The translations under genes and the position numbers were made by a program. Below, piece by piece: positions 9,344-18,055 of a DNA stretch of 64,000 nucleotides; position 1 is the first letter of the stretch, and each line of letters opens with the position of its first letter. This DNA is from an uncultured bacterium (GTDB lineage: Bacteria > Chloroflexota > Dormibacteria > Aeolococcales > Aeolococcaceae). The DNA lies in NCBI GenBank assembly GCA_963716555.1, contig CAVQTJ010000018.1, positions 392,413 through 456,412 on the forward strand, written 5' to 3'. The notes under the pieces are model-generated. The model made no database searches. It was not told where the DNA came from and was given only the letters and a program-made list of their open reading frames with translations.

Positions 9344-9747
9344 TCCAGCGGCTTCAGCTCCAGTGCCGCGGAGTTGATGCAGTAGCGCTGGCCCGTGGGC
9401 TGGGGCCCGTCATCGAAGACGTGGCCCAAGTGGCTGCCGCAGTTGCGACAGACCACCTCGGTGCGCACCGTCCCGTGGCTGCGGTCGGGACGCAGCTCGA
9501 CAGCCTCCAGGTCGGCGGGTTCGAAGAAGCTGGGCCAGCCGGTGCCGGAGTCGAACTTGGTCTCGGAGCTGAACAGCTCCGTTCCGCATCCGGCGCAGTG
9601 ATAGGCGCCGGTCTCGTGGCTCTTCCAGTACTTCCCGGTGAAGGCGGGCTCAGTATCGCTCCGACGCAGGATCGCGTATTGCTCGGGGGTGAGCCGGGAT
9701 CTCCATTCGGCATCGCTCATGCTCAGGTGGCGAGTTGTCTCAGTCAT
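9340..9747 (-). CDS. msrB: Peptide-methionine (R)-S-oxide reductase MsrB.
   Basis: 135 aa. Two CxxC pairs ('HCAGCG' and 'RNCGSHLGHVF') and 'GWPSF' are canonical MsrB/SelR motifs. Confidence 0.9.
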   Translation of the reverse strand: MTETTRHLSMSDAEWRSRLTPEQYAILRRSDTEPAFTGKYWKSHETGAYHCAGCGTELFSSETKFDSGTGWPSFFEPADLEAVELRPDRSHGTVRTEVVCRNCGSHLGHVFDDGPQPTGQRYCINSAALELKPLE

Positions 9748-9775
9748 TTGCGGCTCCTCGAAGACTGGCCTGATA

Positions 9776-9794
9776 CCAGCCTAGCTGAGGCTGG
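9776..9794. promoter_or_regulatory. Perfect 7-bp inverted repeat CCAGCCT-agctg-AGGCTGG about 30 bp upstream of the msrB start. Candidate operator.
   Basis: Seen directly in the sequence. Its position relative to the msrB start on the minus strand places it in the promoter region. Confidence 0.3.
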
Positions 9795-10270
9795 GGCACC
9801 GCCGCGGCCGTGCTGTGACGTGGATGGGAGCCGTGCATGGCCCGCGCCGAGTGTTGCGTCGTTCGCTTCGAACGTTACGGAACCTCCATCGTCAACACAA
9901 CACGGATGTGACGGGACCCCCCATATCTGTCACTCCACACCGACGGGAGCGGTCGAACCGCGCAATGGTGGGGCACCATGGGCCCACGGCGGACCTGGTC
10001 GCCTGACCTCCAACCACGGCACGCAAGGGAAGCGCATGACCTGGAAGGCCTCTGCTCGGGGATCCGGGACTGGCTTGATCGGCAAGCTGGCCCAGGCGAA
10101 CATCGACGAGGTTGCACCCGTCGACGACGAGGTGATCGTCGTTCGCGACGACGACCCGGGATCGGCACCGCTGCGCCAGCGTCTCGCTGCCACCACCCTG
10201 CTTCGAGTTCAGAGAGGTCACCTGCCTCGAGGATCTCACCGGGCTGATCGAGCCCGGTCGGGCCCGGGCG

Positions 10271-11803
10271 GTGGCACTGTGCCGGCGCGGCCTCTCACTC
10301 GCGGACCTTCACGAGACGGTGGCCGCCACCCGAGCCCTCTGCCCGGGGATCGCGCTGGTGGTGCTGGACGACCAGGGCGGTGCCAGCCGCGAGGCAGTCG
10401 CCGCGCACGCGGGTGCCGATGCCCTGGTGAGCCTCGCCGAGGATTGGAAGGCGGTGGGCGAAGCCGTCCTGGAGGCCGCCCAGCGTCGGGCTCGCACCCG
10501 GGCGATCGACGACGTTCTCCTCCCGGCACCCGATCGGGAGCTGCTCGGCTCGCTGGATTCCCTCTGGCCACTGGCGGTGCTGGTGTTGAAGTTGGAGAAC
10601 CTGAAGACCCTCGCGGGCCGTCATGCCAACGGCGACGTCAGCAGCCTGCTGATGCCGGTGGCGGCGCTCTTTCGCACCCTGCTGCGGCCGAGCGACGTGA
10701 TGGCACGCACCGCTGACGACTGCTTGCTCATCGCCCGCCAGGACGCGGATGAGCTGGCGGTCGCCGCGCTCGCCGACCGTCTGCTGCGCAGCTGCCGGCA
10801 GCCGATTCCCATCGGTGGGGAGGGCGCCGAGGGGGTGCAGATCACCATGGGCATCGGAATCGCCATCCGGGGCCGCCGCGAGGACGATCCCGCGACCTCT
10901 CCGGCCGCTCTCCTGGAGGCCGCGCGCGTCGCCCTGGTGCGGGCGCAGGGGCGGGGTGGCTACGAGCTCGCGGACCGCGATCTCCAGGCGCGGGTGACCG
11001 CTCAGCGCCGCACCGAGGTCGCGCTCCGCCACGCCCTCGACAATCACGAGTTCCGGGTCTTCTACCAGCCGGTCGTGGAGCTGAGCGGCGGAGGGCTGGG
11101 CTCCTTCGAGGCGCTGATGCGCTGGCAGCGTCCGCAGGTGGGGCTGTTCGACGCCGGCTCCTTCGTGGGGGCGGCGCAGCGGAGCGGGCTGATGACCCGG
11201 ATCGGCCAGACCATCCTCCAGGAGGCGGCAGCGGAGGCGGCCGGGTGGGCCGGCCCCGACGCCATCCCGCCCGCGCTGTCGGTCAACCTGTCGCCCCAGG
11301 AGTACTTCATGCCCACGCTGATGCCGAGCGTGGGCAGGATCCTCAGCGAGGTCGGTCTGCAGGCCGACCGCCTGATCCTCGAGGTCCCCTTCCGGCTGCT
11401 CTCGCAGGACCCGCGCTCGGCTCGGAGCATCCTCCGCGACCTCGCCTCGCTGGGCGTCACCCTCCTCGCCGACGACTACGACGGCGATCTGACCGACGAA
11501 GTCCGCCACCTTCCCATTCGCATGGTCAAACTGCGGATGGGACTGCTGGATCAGATCGAGCGCGCGGCCGAGCGCCGGACCCACGTCGCCGCCATGGTCG
11601 CCCAGGTCCATGCCGCCGGCTGGCTCTCGGTCGGCAAGGGGGTGGAGACCCCCACCCAGGCGGCGATTCTCCGCGACCTCGGCTGCCAGGGCGGGCAGGG
11701 CTTCCTCTTCAGCGGCGCGCGCCCCGCCGAGGAGCTGGCCCTGTTCCGCAGCCCCGCCGGGGTGTGGGCCTGGAGCCCGAGGGCTCGCAGCCAGCCTGCG
11801 TAG
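10271..11803 (+). CDS. c-di-GMP phosphodiesterase with a degenerate GGDEF domain and an EAL domain. It has an N-terminal receiver-like region and the true start may lie upstream.
   Basis: The GGDEF position reads 'RTADDCLLIA', which is degenerate. The EAL domain keeps 'FRVFYQPVVEL', 'FEALMRW', 'DDYDGDL' and 'QGGQGFLF'. A REC-like alpha/beta pattern is present N-terminally, and the upstream ORF piece 10036-10200 in another frame may belong to it. Confidence 0.75.
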   Translation: MALCRRGLSLADLHETVAATRALCPGIALVVLDDQGGASREAVAAHAGADALVSLAEDWKAVGEAVLEAAQRRARTRAIDDVLLPAPDRELLGSLDSLWPLAVLVLKLENLKTLAGRHANGDVSSLLMPVAALFRTLLRPSDVMARTADDCLLIARQDADELAVAALADRLLRSCRQPIPIGGEGAEGVQITMGIGIAIRGRREDDPATSPAALLEAARVALVRAQGRGGYELADRDLQARVTAQRRTEVALRHALDNHEFRVFYQPVVELSGGGLGSFEALMRWQRPQVGLFDAGSFVGAAQRSGLMTRIGQTILQEAAAEAAGWAGPDAIPPALSVNLSPQEYFMPTLMPSVGRILSEVGLQADRLILEVPFRLLSQDPRSARSILRDLASLGVTLLADDYDGDLTDEVRHLPIRMVKLRMGLLDQIERAAERRTHVAAMVAQVHAAGWLSVGKGVETPTQAAILRDLGCQGGQGFLFSGARPAEELALFRSPAGVWAWSPRARSQPA

Positions 11804-11978
11804 TGAAGCCAGGCGAGGCGGGCCAGACGACGACTTTCCTCTACCAGGTGTTGAACTCCGCCTCGCCGGGTTGGGCGGGGTTTGAGTTGGTTGGGCGGGC
11901 GTCCCGAGGGGGATACAACCCCTCTCAGCACCCCATCAAGATCTGTTGATGACCGCCCTGGAGCCATGGTCCTGGCCT

Positions 11979-12264
11979 GTCAGGCCAGCTGGCCGTCCAG
12001 TGCAGCGATCCGGATGACATTGTCGACGGCTCCCGCCACCAGAAACCACGCTCGGTTCGTCCGGACCCCGATGTAGCGGAGCTTGCGGCCGCCGCCGAGG
12101 GTCTTCAGCCAGCCAAAGGGCCCGTCGATCCGCTTGCGGATGCGCTGGCTGACCAGGTGCCCGGCATGGCGGGTTGTCCGTCCATCGATCGCACTCTGGC
12201 GGTGGCTGGTGTTAGGAGCGACGTGCGGGGTGATCCGCAGCTCGCGGCAGCCGGCGACGAACCC
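11979..12264 (-). pseudogene. Remnant C-terminal ~95 codons of an IS5/IS1182-like DDE transposase.
   Basis: Reverse translation: '...RIDGPFGWLKTLGGGRKLRYIGVRTNRAWFLVAGAVDNVIRIAALDGQLA*'. It matches the conserved C-terminus of IS5-group transposases (FxWLK...RxLxxRYE...W...AAYNLxRL). There is no upstream catalytic domain and a stop lies immediately 5'. Confidence 0.6.
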
Positions 12265-12293
12265 CCTGGTTTACCGGTTGAGACCGGCCCCAG

Positions 12294-13607
12294 CTACCCC
12301 GCGTAGGTCGCGGTGGGGGAGGTGCCGCCGGACAGGTCGAGGGCGGTGCAGCCCGTGGACGTGGCCACGACCACCCCGAACCTGTCGCCATTGGTCAGCC
12401 CGTTCCAGTACACGGTCACCACGTCGCCATTCTGGGTCACATCCACCGGGGTGCTCGACGGGTCGGAGAGTGAGCTCCACGCCGGAGCCGACCAGCTGCG
12501 CAGCCCGCCATACCAGTCGCCACCCTCCCAACCGGCCACCAGCTGCACCGTGCCGGCACGGTCGATGGGCGATCCTGAGGTCGGGGCGGTGGCGCTGTAG
12601 GGAAGCACGGCGGTGATCAGCGTGACCGACGGGGTGCTCGGCCTCACCGGGCTGGCCAGGGTGATCGAGACATAGGGGGTTCCGAACCCGGTCGCCGGGT
12701 CGGTGCCGATGCCACTCGCGGTGGAGGTGATCGAAAGGCTGGAGGGGACCTGGCCGGTGGGGATGGAGCTGCAGCTCTCGGCTGCGGCGAACAGCGTCGG
12801 CAGGGGCCCCACGGTGGCGACGCTGGAGGGAGGTGGGGTCGGGGCCGGAGTTGGTGCCGCCGGGCCGGCGGTGGGGCCGGGGCCGAGGAAGTAGTGAGCC
12901 GCCACCACCGCGACGGCCACGATCAAGCCGGTGACCAGCAGGGCGGCGATGCCCGCCGCCACTGCCAGGCCGCTGCCCGGAGGGCGGCGCGGAGGTTCGC
13001 CGTCCCCCGCCGGGCGCGGGGGGAGGGGGACGGGGGGCTCGGCCCAGGGGTGCTCCTCCACGACCGGCGGTGCCGGCGGTTGGAAGGCGGGTGGGGCGTC
13101 ATGTGCGGCCTGGTCCGGAAAGCCGGTGGCGCCCCGATCCCACCGGTCGGCGCCGGCGGAGGCGCCCCGATCCCACTGGTCCGAGAGGGGAGCGCCCCCA
13201 TCGCCGCCGGCATAACCCTCCACCGCCGGGGCATGACCCTCCAGAGCCGGATCCGATCCCCGGATCAACCCCTCCATGGGAACGACCGGAGACCCAAACC
13301 TCAGCCGGGCGTCGGCAATGGCCGCCGCCACATCGTCGCGCGATGGCTCGCCGAGGGCCCAGGCCAGCTCGGGGTGGTCGGCGAAGTAGCGCAGCCCGAT
13401 CGAGTACTGGCGGTGCGCGGGGGTGACGTCGCCGATCGCCCCGGGATCCGGGGCGTCCCGTGCCGCCAGTCCTCCGTAGTCCGGACGCCACCGTCCCAGC
13501 GCATCATCCAGCCCGCTCAGCCCGCGCAGGAACTGGAGCAGGTGATGATGCCCCGCCGGATCGGCGGTCCCGGTGGTCGCGCTGTCGTCGATCGCCACGC
13601 TGTGCAC
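12294..13607 (-). CDS. Hypothetical bitopic membrane protein with a cytoplasmic N-domain, one TM helix, a Pro/Thr/Ala-rich linker and a ~140-aa extracytoplasmic C-domain.
   Basis: 437 aa. TM 'LAVAAGIAALLVTGLIVAVAVVAAHYFL'. The linker reads 'PTAGPAAPTPAPTPPPSS'. There is an internal direct DNA repeat encoding 'GAPLSDQWDRGASAG / ADRWDRGATGF'. Confidence 0.5.
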   Translation of the reverse strand: MHSVAIDDSATTGTADPAGHHHLLQFLRGLSGLDDALGRWRPDYGGLAARDAPDPGAIGDVTPAHRQYSIGLRYFADHPELAWALGEPSRDDVAAAIADARLRFGSPVVPMEGLIRGSDPALEGHAPAVEGYAGGDGGAPLSDQWDRGASAGADRWDRGATGFPDQAAHDAPPAFQPPAPPVVEEHPWAEPPVPLPPRPAGDGEPPRRPPGSGLAVAAGIAALLVTGLIVAVAVVAAHYFLGPGPTAGPAAPTPAPTPPPSSVATVGPLPTLFAAAESCSSIPTGQVPSSLSITSTASGIGTDPATGFGTPYVSITLASPVRPSTPSVTLITAVLPYSATAPTSGSPIDRAGTVQLVAGWEGGDWYGGLRSWSAPAWSSLSDPSSTPVDVTQNGDVVTVYWNGLTNGDRFGVVVATSTGCTALDLSGGTSPTATYAG

Positions 13608-13692
13608 CCCTGGCGCGGTGGCCCCAGATCACGCAGGGCCGCTGTCAGGGCCCGATGATGCCCCACGCGAGGCGCAGTGTGGGGGTCTCCGG

Positions 13693-14295
13693 TCAGCGGG
13701 GAGGCTGGCCGTCCCTGACGCTGTAACCGACCGGCTGGGCCGCCTTGGGTTTGTCGAGGGCGTTGCCCGCGTAGCCGGCGAACACCCCGCCCAAGCGGCG
13801 TCCGGTCAGCTCCCGCTGGTGCTGGAGGCGGAAGGCCCAGCGCACCTGGTTGAGCAGCAGCAGGCCGATGGCTCCGCCGGCCAGGCCGAGCGGCAGCGCC
13901 GCGAGGGTGGCTCCCACCGCCAGGGCGCTGGCCCAGACCAGGATCCCCACCGATTCGATGAGGATCACCAGGAAGCGCGCCGGCCGCACCCGGTCGGCGA
14001 GCCGGTACACCAGGTACATCTCGATCGCCGACAGCCCGGCGATGACCATCAGCGCCATCCCGCTGGTGAGTCCCAGAGCCCCCAGCGGCACCACCAGCAC
14101 ATGGGTCGCATCCAGCCTGAAGCTCACCGTCGGCAACCGCTGCGGCAGGAAGCTCACCATCACCAGGACGCTCATGATCCTGATCACCAGGAACCACTGG
14201 CAGGTGGCGATGGCGGTGTGCACCCGGCGGTCGACCGCCTCGGCGCGCGCCACGGCCTCGGCCGCTCCCAGGTCAGACCCGCCCAGGTACGTCAT
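13693..14295 (-). CDS. Hypothetical integral membrane protein with at least four predicted TM helices.
   Basis: 200-aa ORF with good hydrophobic periodicity and Arg-rich cytoplasmic loops. Confidence 0.45.
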   Translation of the reverse strand: MTYLGGSDLGAAEAVARAEAVDRRVHTAIATCQWFLVIRIMSVLVMVSFLPQRLPTVSFRLDATHVLVVPLGALGLTSGMALMVIAGLSAIEMYLVYRLADRVRPARFLVILIESVGILVWASALAVGATLAALPLGLAGGAIGLLLLNQVRWAFRLQHQRELTGRRLGGVFAGYAGNALDKPKAAQPVGYSVRDGQPPR

Positions 14296-14417
14296 CTGGA
14301 TGCCACGTTAGCCAGCCGATCGTGACCGGCTGTGGCGGCCCGGTAACACAAGGGAAACATCGCACCGATCACACCGTCAGCCCCAACCAGACCGTTACCG
14401 GCGGCCTTCGAGAACCC

Positions 14418-14936
14418 TCAGGTCAGGGCCTGGTTGAGGGTGGTCTCGGCTCCCACCAGGGTGCCCAGGAAGCGTCCGACGATCCTGCCGCTGCGGTTCA
14501 CCACCACCAGGGTGGGGGGCGCGGCGACGTCGTAGGCCGCCGAGATGCTGCCGGTCGAGTTGGCGACGCTCTGGTAGGGGACGTGGTAGCTGCTCCGGTA
14601 GGCGTTGGCGGAGTCGTTGTCGTCGTCCATGTCCACCCCGATGAAGGTGACCCCGCGCGACCTGTAGAGGGAGGCGAGCTGGTTGAGGGCGGGCTGCTCC
14701 TCGCGGCAGGGGCCGCACCACGAACCCCAGAAATCCACCGCGGTCACCCCGCCAAGCACGGTGATGTCGACCGGGCTGCCGGTGGTGGAGTTGCCGACGA
14801 TCGCCGCCGCCGCGGTGGTGGTCCCGGCGACCTGCGACCCAGGCAGGTTGGCGATGCTCTGCTGCAGGCTGCAGCCGTCGACGCCAAAGGCGACGACCAC
14901 CAGGACGGAGAGAAGCAGGCAGCGGCCGGACCTCAC
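14418..14936 (-). CDS. TlpA/ResA-like thiol-disulfide oxidoreductase (thioredoxin fold), probably a lipoprotein.
   Basis: Signal peptide with a lipobox-like 'AFGVDGCS'. The thioredoxin motif is 'FWGSWCGPCREE'. Confidence 0.8.
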   Translation of the reverse strand: MRSGRCLLLSVLVVVAFGVDGCSLQQSIANLPGSQVAGTTTAAAAIVGNSTTGSPVDITVLGGVTAVDFWGSWCGPCREEQPALNQLASLYRSRGVTFIGVDMDDDNDSANAYRSSYHVPYQSVANSTGSISAAYDVAAPPTLVVVNRSGRIVGRFLGTLVGAETTLNQALT

Positions 14937-15037
14937 TGCCCGATGATGCTAGCGTGGTCACGATGCCGGCCCCTGCCAGCAACTCGAGGCCTCCACGCCG
15001 ACCCGGGGGGTGGGCGGGGGGCTGGCCCCCCGCCTGA

Positions 15038-15742
15038 ATGGAGCTCAGCGCCCGCAACTCGGCGGGCTTCGAAGCCCCGGCGGGGATGACCGCGCTGCCG
15101 GTGGTCCTCGCTCCCCTGAGCGGCCGCCTCCACGTCCTGCTGGCCCGGCGCGAGCCGCGGACCTGGGCGCTCCCCGGCGGCTTCATGAGCCGCGACGAGC
15201 GGCCCGAGGAGACCGCCCAGCGCAAGCTCACCGAGAAGACCGGGGTGGGAGCGGTGTACCTGGAGCAGCTCCAGACCTACGGTGATCCCGACCGCGATCC
15301 AAGGGGGTGGATCCCCACCGTCGCCTACCTCGCCCTGATCGACGCCGCGGTGCTGCGCGCCGACGAGAGCCAGGCTCGCTGGTGGCCGGTCGACGACCTG
15401 CCCACCCTGGCCCTGGACCACGGCCGGATCATCCGCGACGGGGTGGACCGGCTGCGCGGCAAGCTGTGGTGGTCGAACATCAGCGTGGGCCTGCTTCCCG
15501 AGCGCTTCACCATGCCCCAGGCCCGCCGGGTCTTCGAGGCCATCAGCGGGGTCAGCCACGAGCCCAGCAACTTCCGGCGCGAGCTGGAGCGCAGCGGGCT
15601 GGTCCGGGCCACCGGGATGCTCGCCAAGGGGGGACCGGGCAGGCCGGCCGCGCTCTACGAGTTCGTCTCACGTCAGCCGGCCTGGTCACTGCGCCGCTCC
15701 CGGCCGCCGGCGATTCTCACCCCGGCACGTCGGGCTGGTTGA
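15038..15742 (+). CDS. nrtR: NrtR-type Nudix-related transcriptional regulator (Nudix domain plus C-terminal winged HTH).
   Basis: Nudix box 'GGFMSRDERPEETAQRKLTEKTGV' followed by a ~90-aa C-terminal domain. It sits directly upstream of NAD-salvage genes, which is the typical context for this regulator. Confidence 0.7.
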   Translation: MELSARNSAGFEAPAGMTALPVVLAPLSGRLHVLLARREPRTWALPGGFMSRDERPEETAQRKLTEKTGVGAVYLEQLQTYGDPDRDPRGWIPTVAYLALIDAAVLRADESQARWWPVDDLPTLALDHGRIIRDGVDRLRGKLWWSNISVGLLPERFTMPQARRVFEAISGVSHEPSNFRRELERSGLVRATGMLAKGGPGRPAALYEFVSRQPAWSLRRSRPPAILTPARRAG

Positions 15743-15751
15743 TACAATTAC

Positions 15752-15764
15752 GGTCAATCTGACC
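15752..15764. promoter_or_regulatory. Perfect palindrome GGTCA-ATC-TGACC (extended imperfectly to TTAcGGTCAatcTGACCtaAA) between nrtR and pncBA. Candidate NrtR operator.
   Basis: Seen directly. It lies 10 bp after the nrtR stop and about 25 bp before the pncB start, and overlaps the expected promoter/RBS region. Confidence 0.45.
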
Positions 15765-15788
15765 TAAACCGCGGAGGCACCCTCCATC

Positions 15789-17729
15789 GTGCCCGATCCG
15801 GACCGGGGCCGCGGCCCCGCCAGCCTGGCGCTCTTCTGCGACGAGTACCTGCTCACCATGGCCCAGTCCTTCTGGCGCCATCGGGACAATCGGACCAGCG
15901 TCTTCGAGCTGGCGGTCCGAGAGCTGCCGGCCCACCGCGGCTACCTGATCGCGGCCGGGCTCGAGCCCGCCGTCGAGTACCTCACCGAGCTTCGCTTCGA
16001 GCCCGGGATGCTGGAGTGGCTGGCCGGGCTGGGCGGCTGGGACCCCGGGTTCCTCGAGCACCTCGGGGGCCTGCGCTTCAGCGGGGACGTCGACGCCATC
16101 GCCGAGGGCACGGTGGTGGGCGCGGCCACCCCGCTGCTCAGGATCCGGGCGCCCCGCATCGAGGCCACCCTGCTCGAGTCGGCGCTGCTGGCCATCGTCA
16201 ACCATGAGGTGATGGTGGCCGGCAAGGCCGCCCGCGTCGTGGAGGCGGCCCGCGGCCGGCCGGTGTGGGACTTCTCGCTGCGCCGCCTCCACGGGGTGCA
16301 GGCCGGATTGGGGGTGGCCCGGGCCGCCTTCATCGCGGGGGCGGCGGGGACCGCCACGGTCGCCGCCGGGCAGCGCTACGGCATCCCCCTGAGCGGGACC
16401 ATGGCCCACCAGTACGTGCTCGGCTTCGGGCCGGATGGCGAGCGCGCCGCCTTCGAGCAGTTCCTCGGCGACTACCCCGACCGGGCCGTCCTCCTGGTGG
16501 ACAGCTACGACACCGCCCGCGGGGTGGAGAACGCCATCGCCGCGTCACGGGCGACCGGGGTGGCGCTCACCGCGGTCCGCCTGGACTCGGGCGACCTCGA
16601 CCGGCTCAGCCGGGAAACGCGCGCCCGGCTCGACGCCGCCGGCATGGGCGGCGCCCGGATCATCCTCTCCGGAGACCTGGACGAGTGGCGGATCGACCAA
16701 TTGATCCGAGAGGGTGCCCCCGTCGACTCCTTCGGGGTGGGCACCATGCTGGGGACCTCGGCGGACGCACCCAACCTGAGCGGCGTCTACAAGATGGTCG
16801 CGGTGGGCGGCGCGGACGGCGAGCTGGTGCCGGTCATGAAGTGGAGCGCGGCCAAGGTCTCGGATCCCGGTGTCCACCAGGTGTTCCGGGGCCCGGAGGG
16901 GGACACGGTGGGTCTGGTCGACGAGGGGCTGCCGGGCCGGCCGCTGCTCGAGCCGGTGATGCGCCGGGGGGGGCTGGTGGCGCCGCTGCCCTCGCTGGCG
17001 GTGATCCGGGAGCGCTGCCGCGGCGAGCGCGAGGCGCTTCCCCCCGCGGTGCGCAGGCTCGATGATTTCAGCGTGTGGCCGGTGCGCCGCAGCCCCGGCC
17101 TGATCCGGCTGCGGGCCGACCTGCTGGCTGCGGACAGCATGGAGGATGAGATGCAGGGCGAGCCACAGGACCCGCGGACCGCGCTGATCGCCGTCGACGT
17201 GCAGACCGACTTCCTCCCCGGCGGCTCGCTGGCGGTCCAGGGCGGCGACCTGGTGGTCGGCGAGCTGGTCCGCCTGGCCGAGGAGGTGGACCTGGTGGTC
17301 GCCACCCGAGACTGGCACCCGCCGGGGCATTCGAGCTTCGTGGAGAGTGGGGGGCCGTGGCCGGCCCACTGCGTGGCGGGGACCCCCGGCGCCGCGCTCC
17401 ACCCGCGCATCGACGCCATCGCCGACCTGGTGGTCAGCAAGGGCCAGGACCCCTCCCGCGACGCCCACTCGGGCTTCGACGGCACCGAGCTGGCCGCCCT
17501 GCTCCGGGCCCGGGGGGTGGGCCGGGTGGTGATCGGCGGCCTGGCCACCGACTACTGCGTCCGGGCCACCGCCCTCGACGCGCTGCGCTCCGGCTTCGAG
17601 ACCGAGGTGGCGGAGGGGGCGGTGCGGGCGGTCGACCTGCAGGCGGGTGATGGCCGGCGTGCCCTCGACGAGATGCAAGAGGCCGGCGTCAGGGTGGTCG
17701 GCGGCCGGCCGGCGGAGGTGCGGCGATGA
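15789..17729 (+). CDS. pncB: Bifunctional fusion of nicotinate phosphoribosyltransferase (PncB, N-terminal ~440 aa) and nicotinamidase/isochorismatase-fold PncA (C-terminal ~190 aa).
   Basis: The PncB part includes 'YLIAAGLEPAVEYLTELRFEP', 'SGTMAHQYV' and 'LLVDSYDT'. The PncA part includes 'ALIAVDVQTDFLPGGSLAV', 'DWHPPGHSSF', 'HCVAGTPGAALHP' and 'GLATDYCVRATALDAL', which carries the catalytic Cys. It is one continuous ORF of 646 aa. Confidence 0.8.
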   Translation: MPDPDRGRGPASLALFCDEYLLTMAQSFWRHRDNRTSVFELAVRELPAHRGYLIAAGLEPAVEYLTELRFEPGMLEWLAGLGGWDPGFLEHLGGLRFSGDVDAIAEGTVVGAATPLLRIRAPRIEATLLESALLAIVNHEVMVAGKAARVVEAARGRPVWDFSLRRLHGVQAGLGVARAAFIAGAAGTATVAAGQRYGIPLSGTMAHQYVLGFGPDGERAAFEQFLGDYPDRAVLLVDSYDTARGVENAIAASRATGVALTAVRLDSGDLDRLSRETRARLDAAGMGGARIILSGDLDEWRIDQLIREGAPVDSFGVGTMLGTSADAPNLSGVYKMVAVGGADGELVPVMKWSAAKVSDPGVHQVFRGPEGDTVGLVDEGLPGRPLLEPVMRRGGLVAPLPSLAVIRERCRGEREALPPAVRRLDDFSVWPVRRSPGLIRLRADLLAADSMEDEMQGEPQDPRTALIAVDVQTDFLPGGSLAVQGGDLVVGELVRLAEEVDLVVATRDWHPPGHSSFVESGGPWPAHCVAGTPGAALHPRIDAIADLVVSKGQDPSRDAHSGFDGTELAALLRARGVGRVVIGGLATDYCVRATALDALRSGFETEVAEGAVRAVDLQAGDGRRALDEMQEAGVRVVGGRPAEVRR

Positions 17730-18055
17730 GCCCGCTGGCCGGCGAGAGGTGCGAGGCCTGCCATTCCGGGACGCCCCGGGTGGAGGGAGAGGAGCTGGAG
17801 CGCCTGCGTGGCGAGCTGGGCCCCGACTGGCGGGTGGAGGAGGGACGGCTGCGCCGGCGGATGCGCTTCCCCGACTTCGTCCGGGCGGCGGGGCGGGCCA
17901 TGGAGGTGGCCCTGCTGGCCGAGGCCGAGGGGCACCATCCCGACCTGGGGCTGGGTTGGGGCTACCTGGAGATCGAGCTCAGCACTCACGCCATCGGGGG
18001 GTTGAGCCGCAACGATTTCATCCTGGCGGCGAAGATCGACTCGCTCGATGGATGA
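17726..18055 (+). CDS. Pterin-4a-carbinolamine dehydratase (PCD/DCoH family).
   Basis: 109 aa with 'EGHHPDL...ELSTH', the characteristic PCD signature. Its start overlaps the pncBA stop (ATGA). Confidence 0.75.
   Translation: MSPLAGERCEACHSGTPRVEGEELERLRGELGPDWRVEEGRLRRRMRFPDFVRAAGRAMEVALLAEAEGHHPDLGLGWGYLEIELSTHAIGGLSRNDFILAAKIDSLDG

Noticed and set aside
9325-10716. 463-aa + strand ORF spanning msrB and the start of the EAL gene
   Set aside because: It overlaps two well-supported genes in other frames or strands. Only its 10036-10200 segment looks protein-like, and I discuss that segment as a possible N-terminal piece of the EAL protein.
10295-11611. 438-aa - strand ORF
   Set aside because: It is antisense to the GGDEF/EAL gene and has no motifs.
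14322-15231. Overlapping + and - ORFs of 255 and 278 aa around the thioredoxin gene
   Set aside because: They are shadow ORFs of the TlpA-like gene and the nrtR upstream region, with low-complexity composition.
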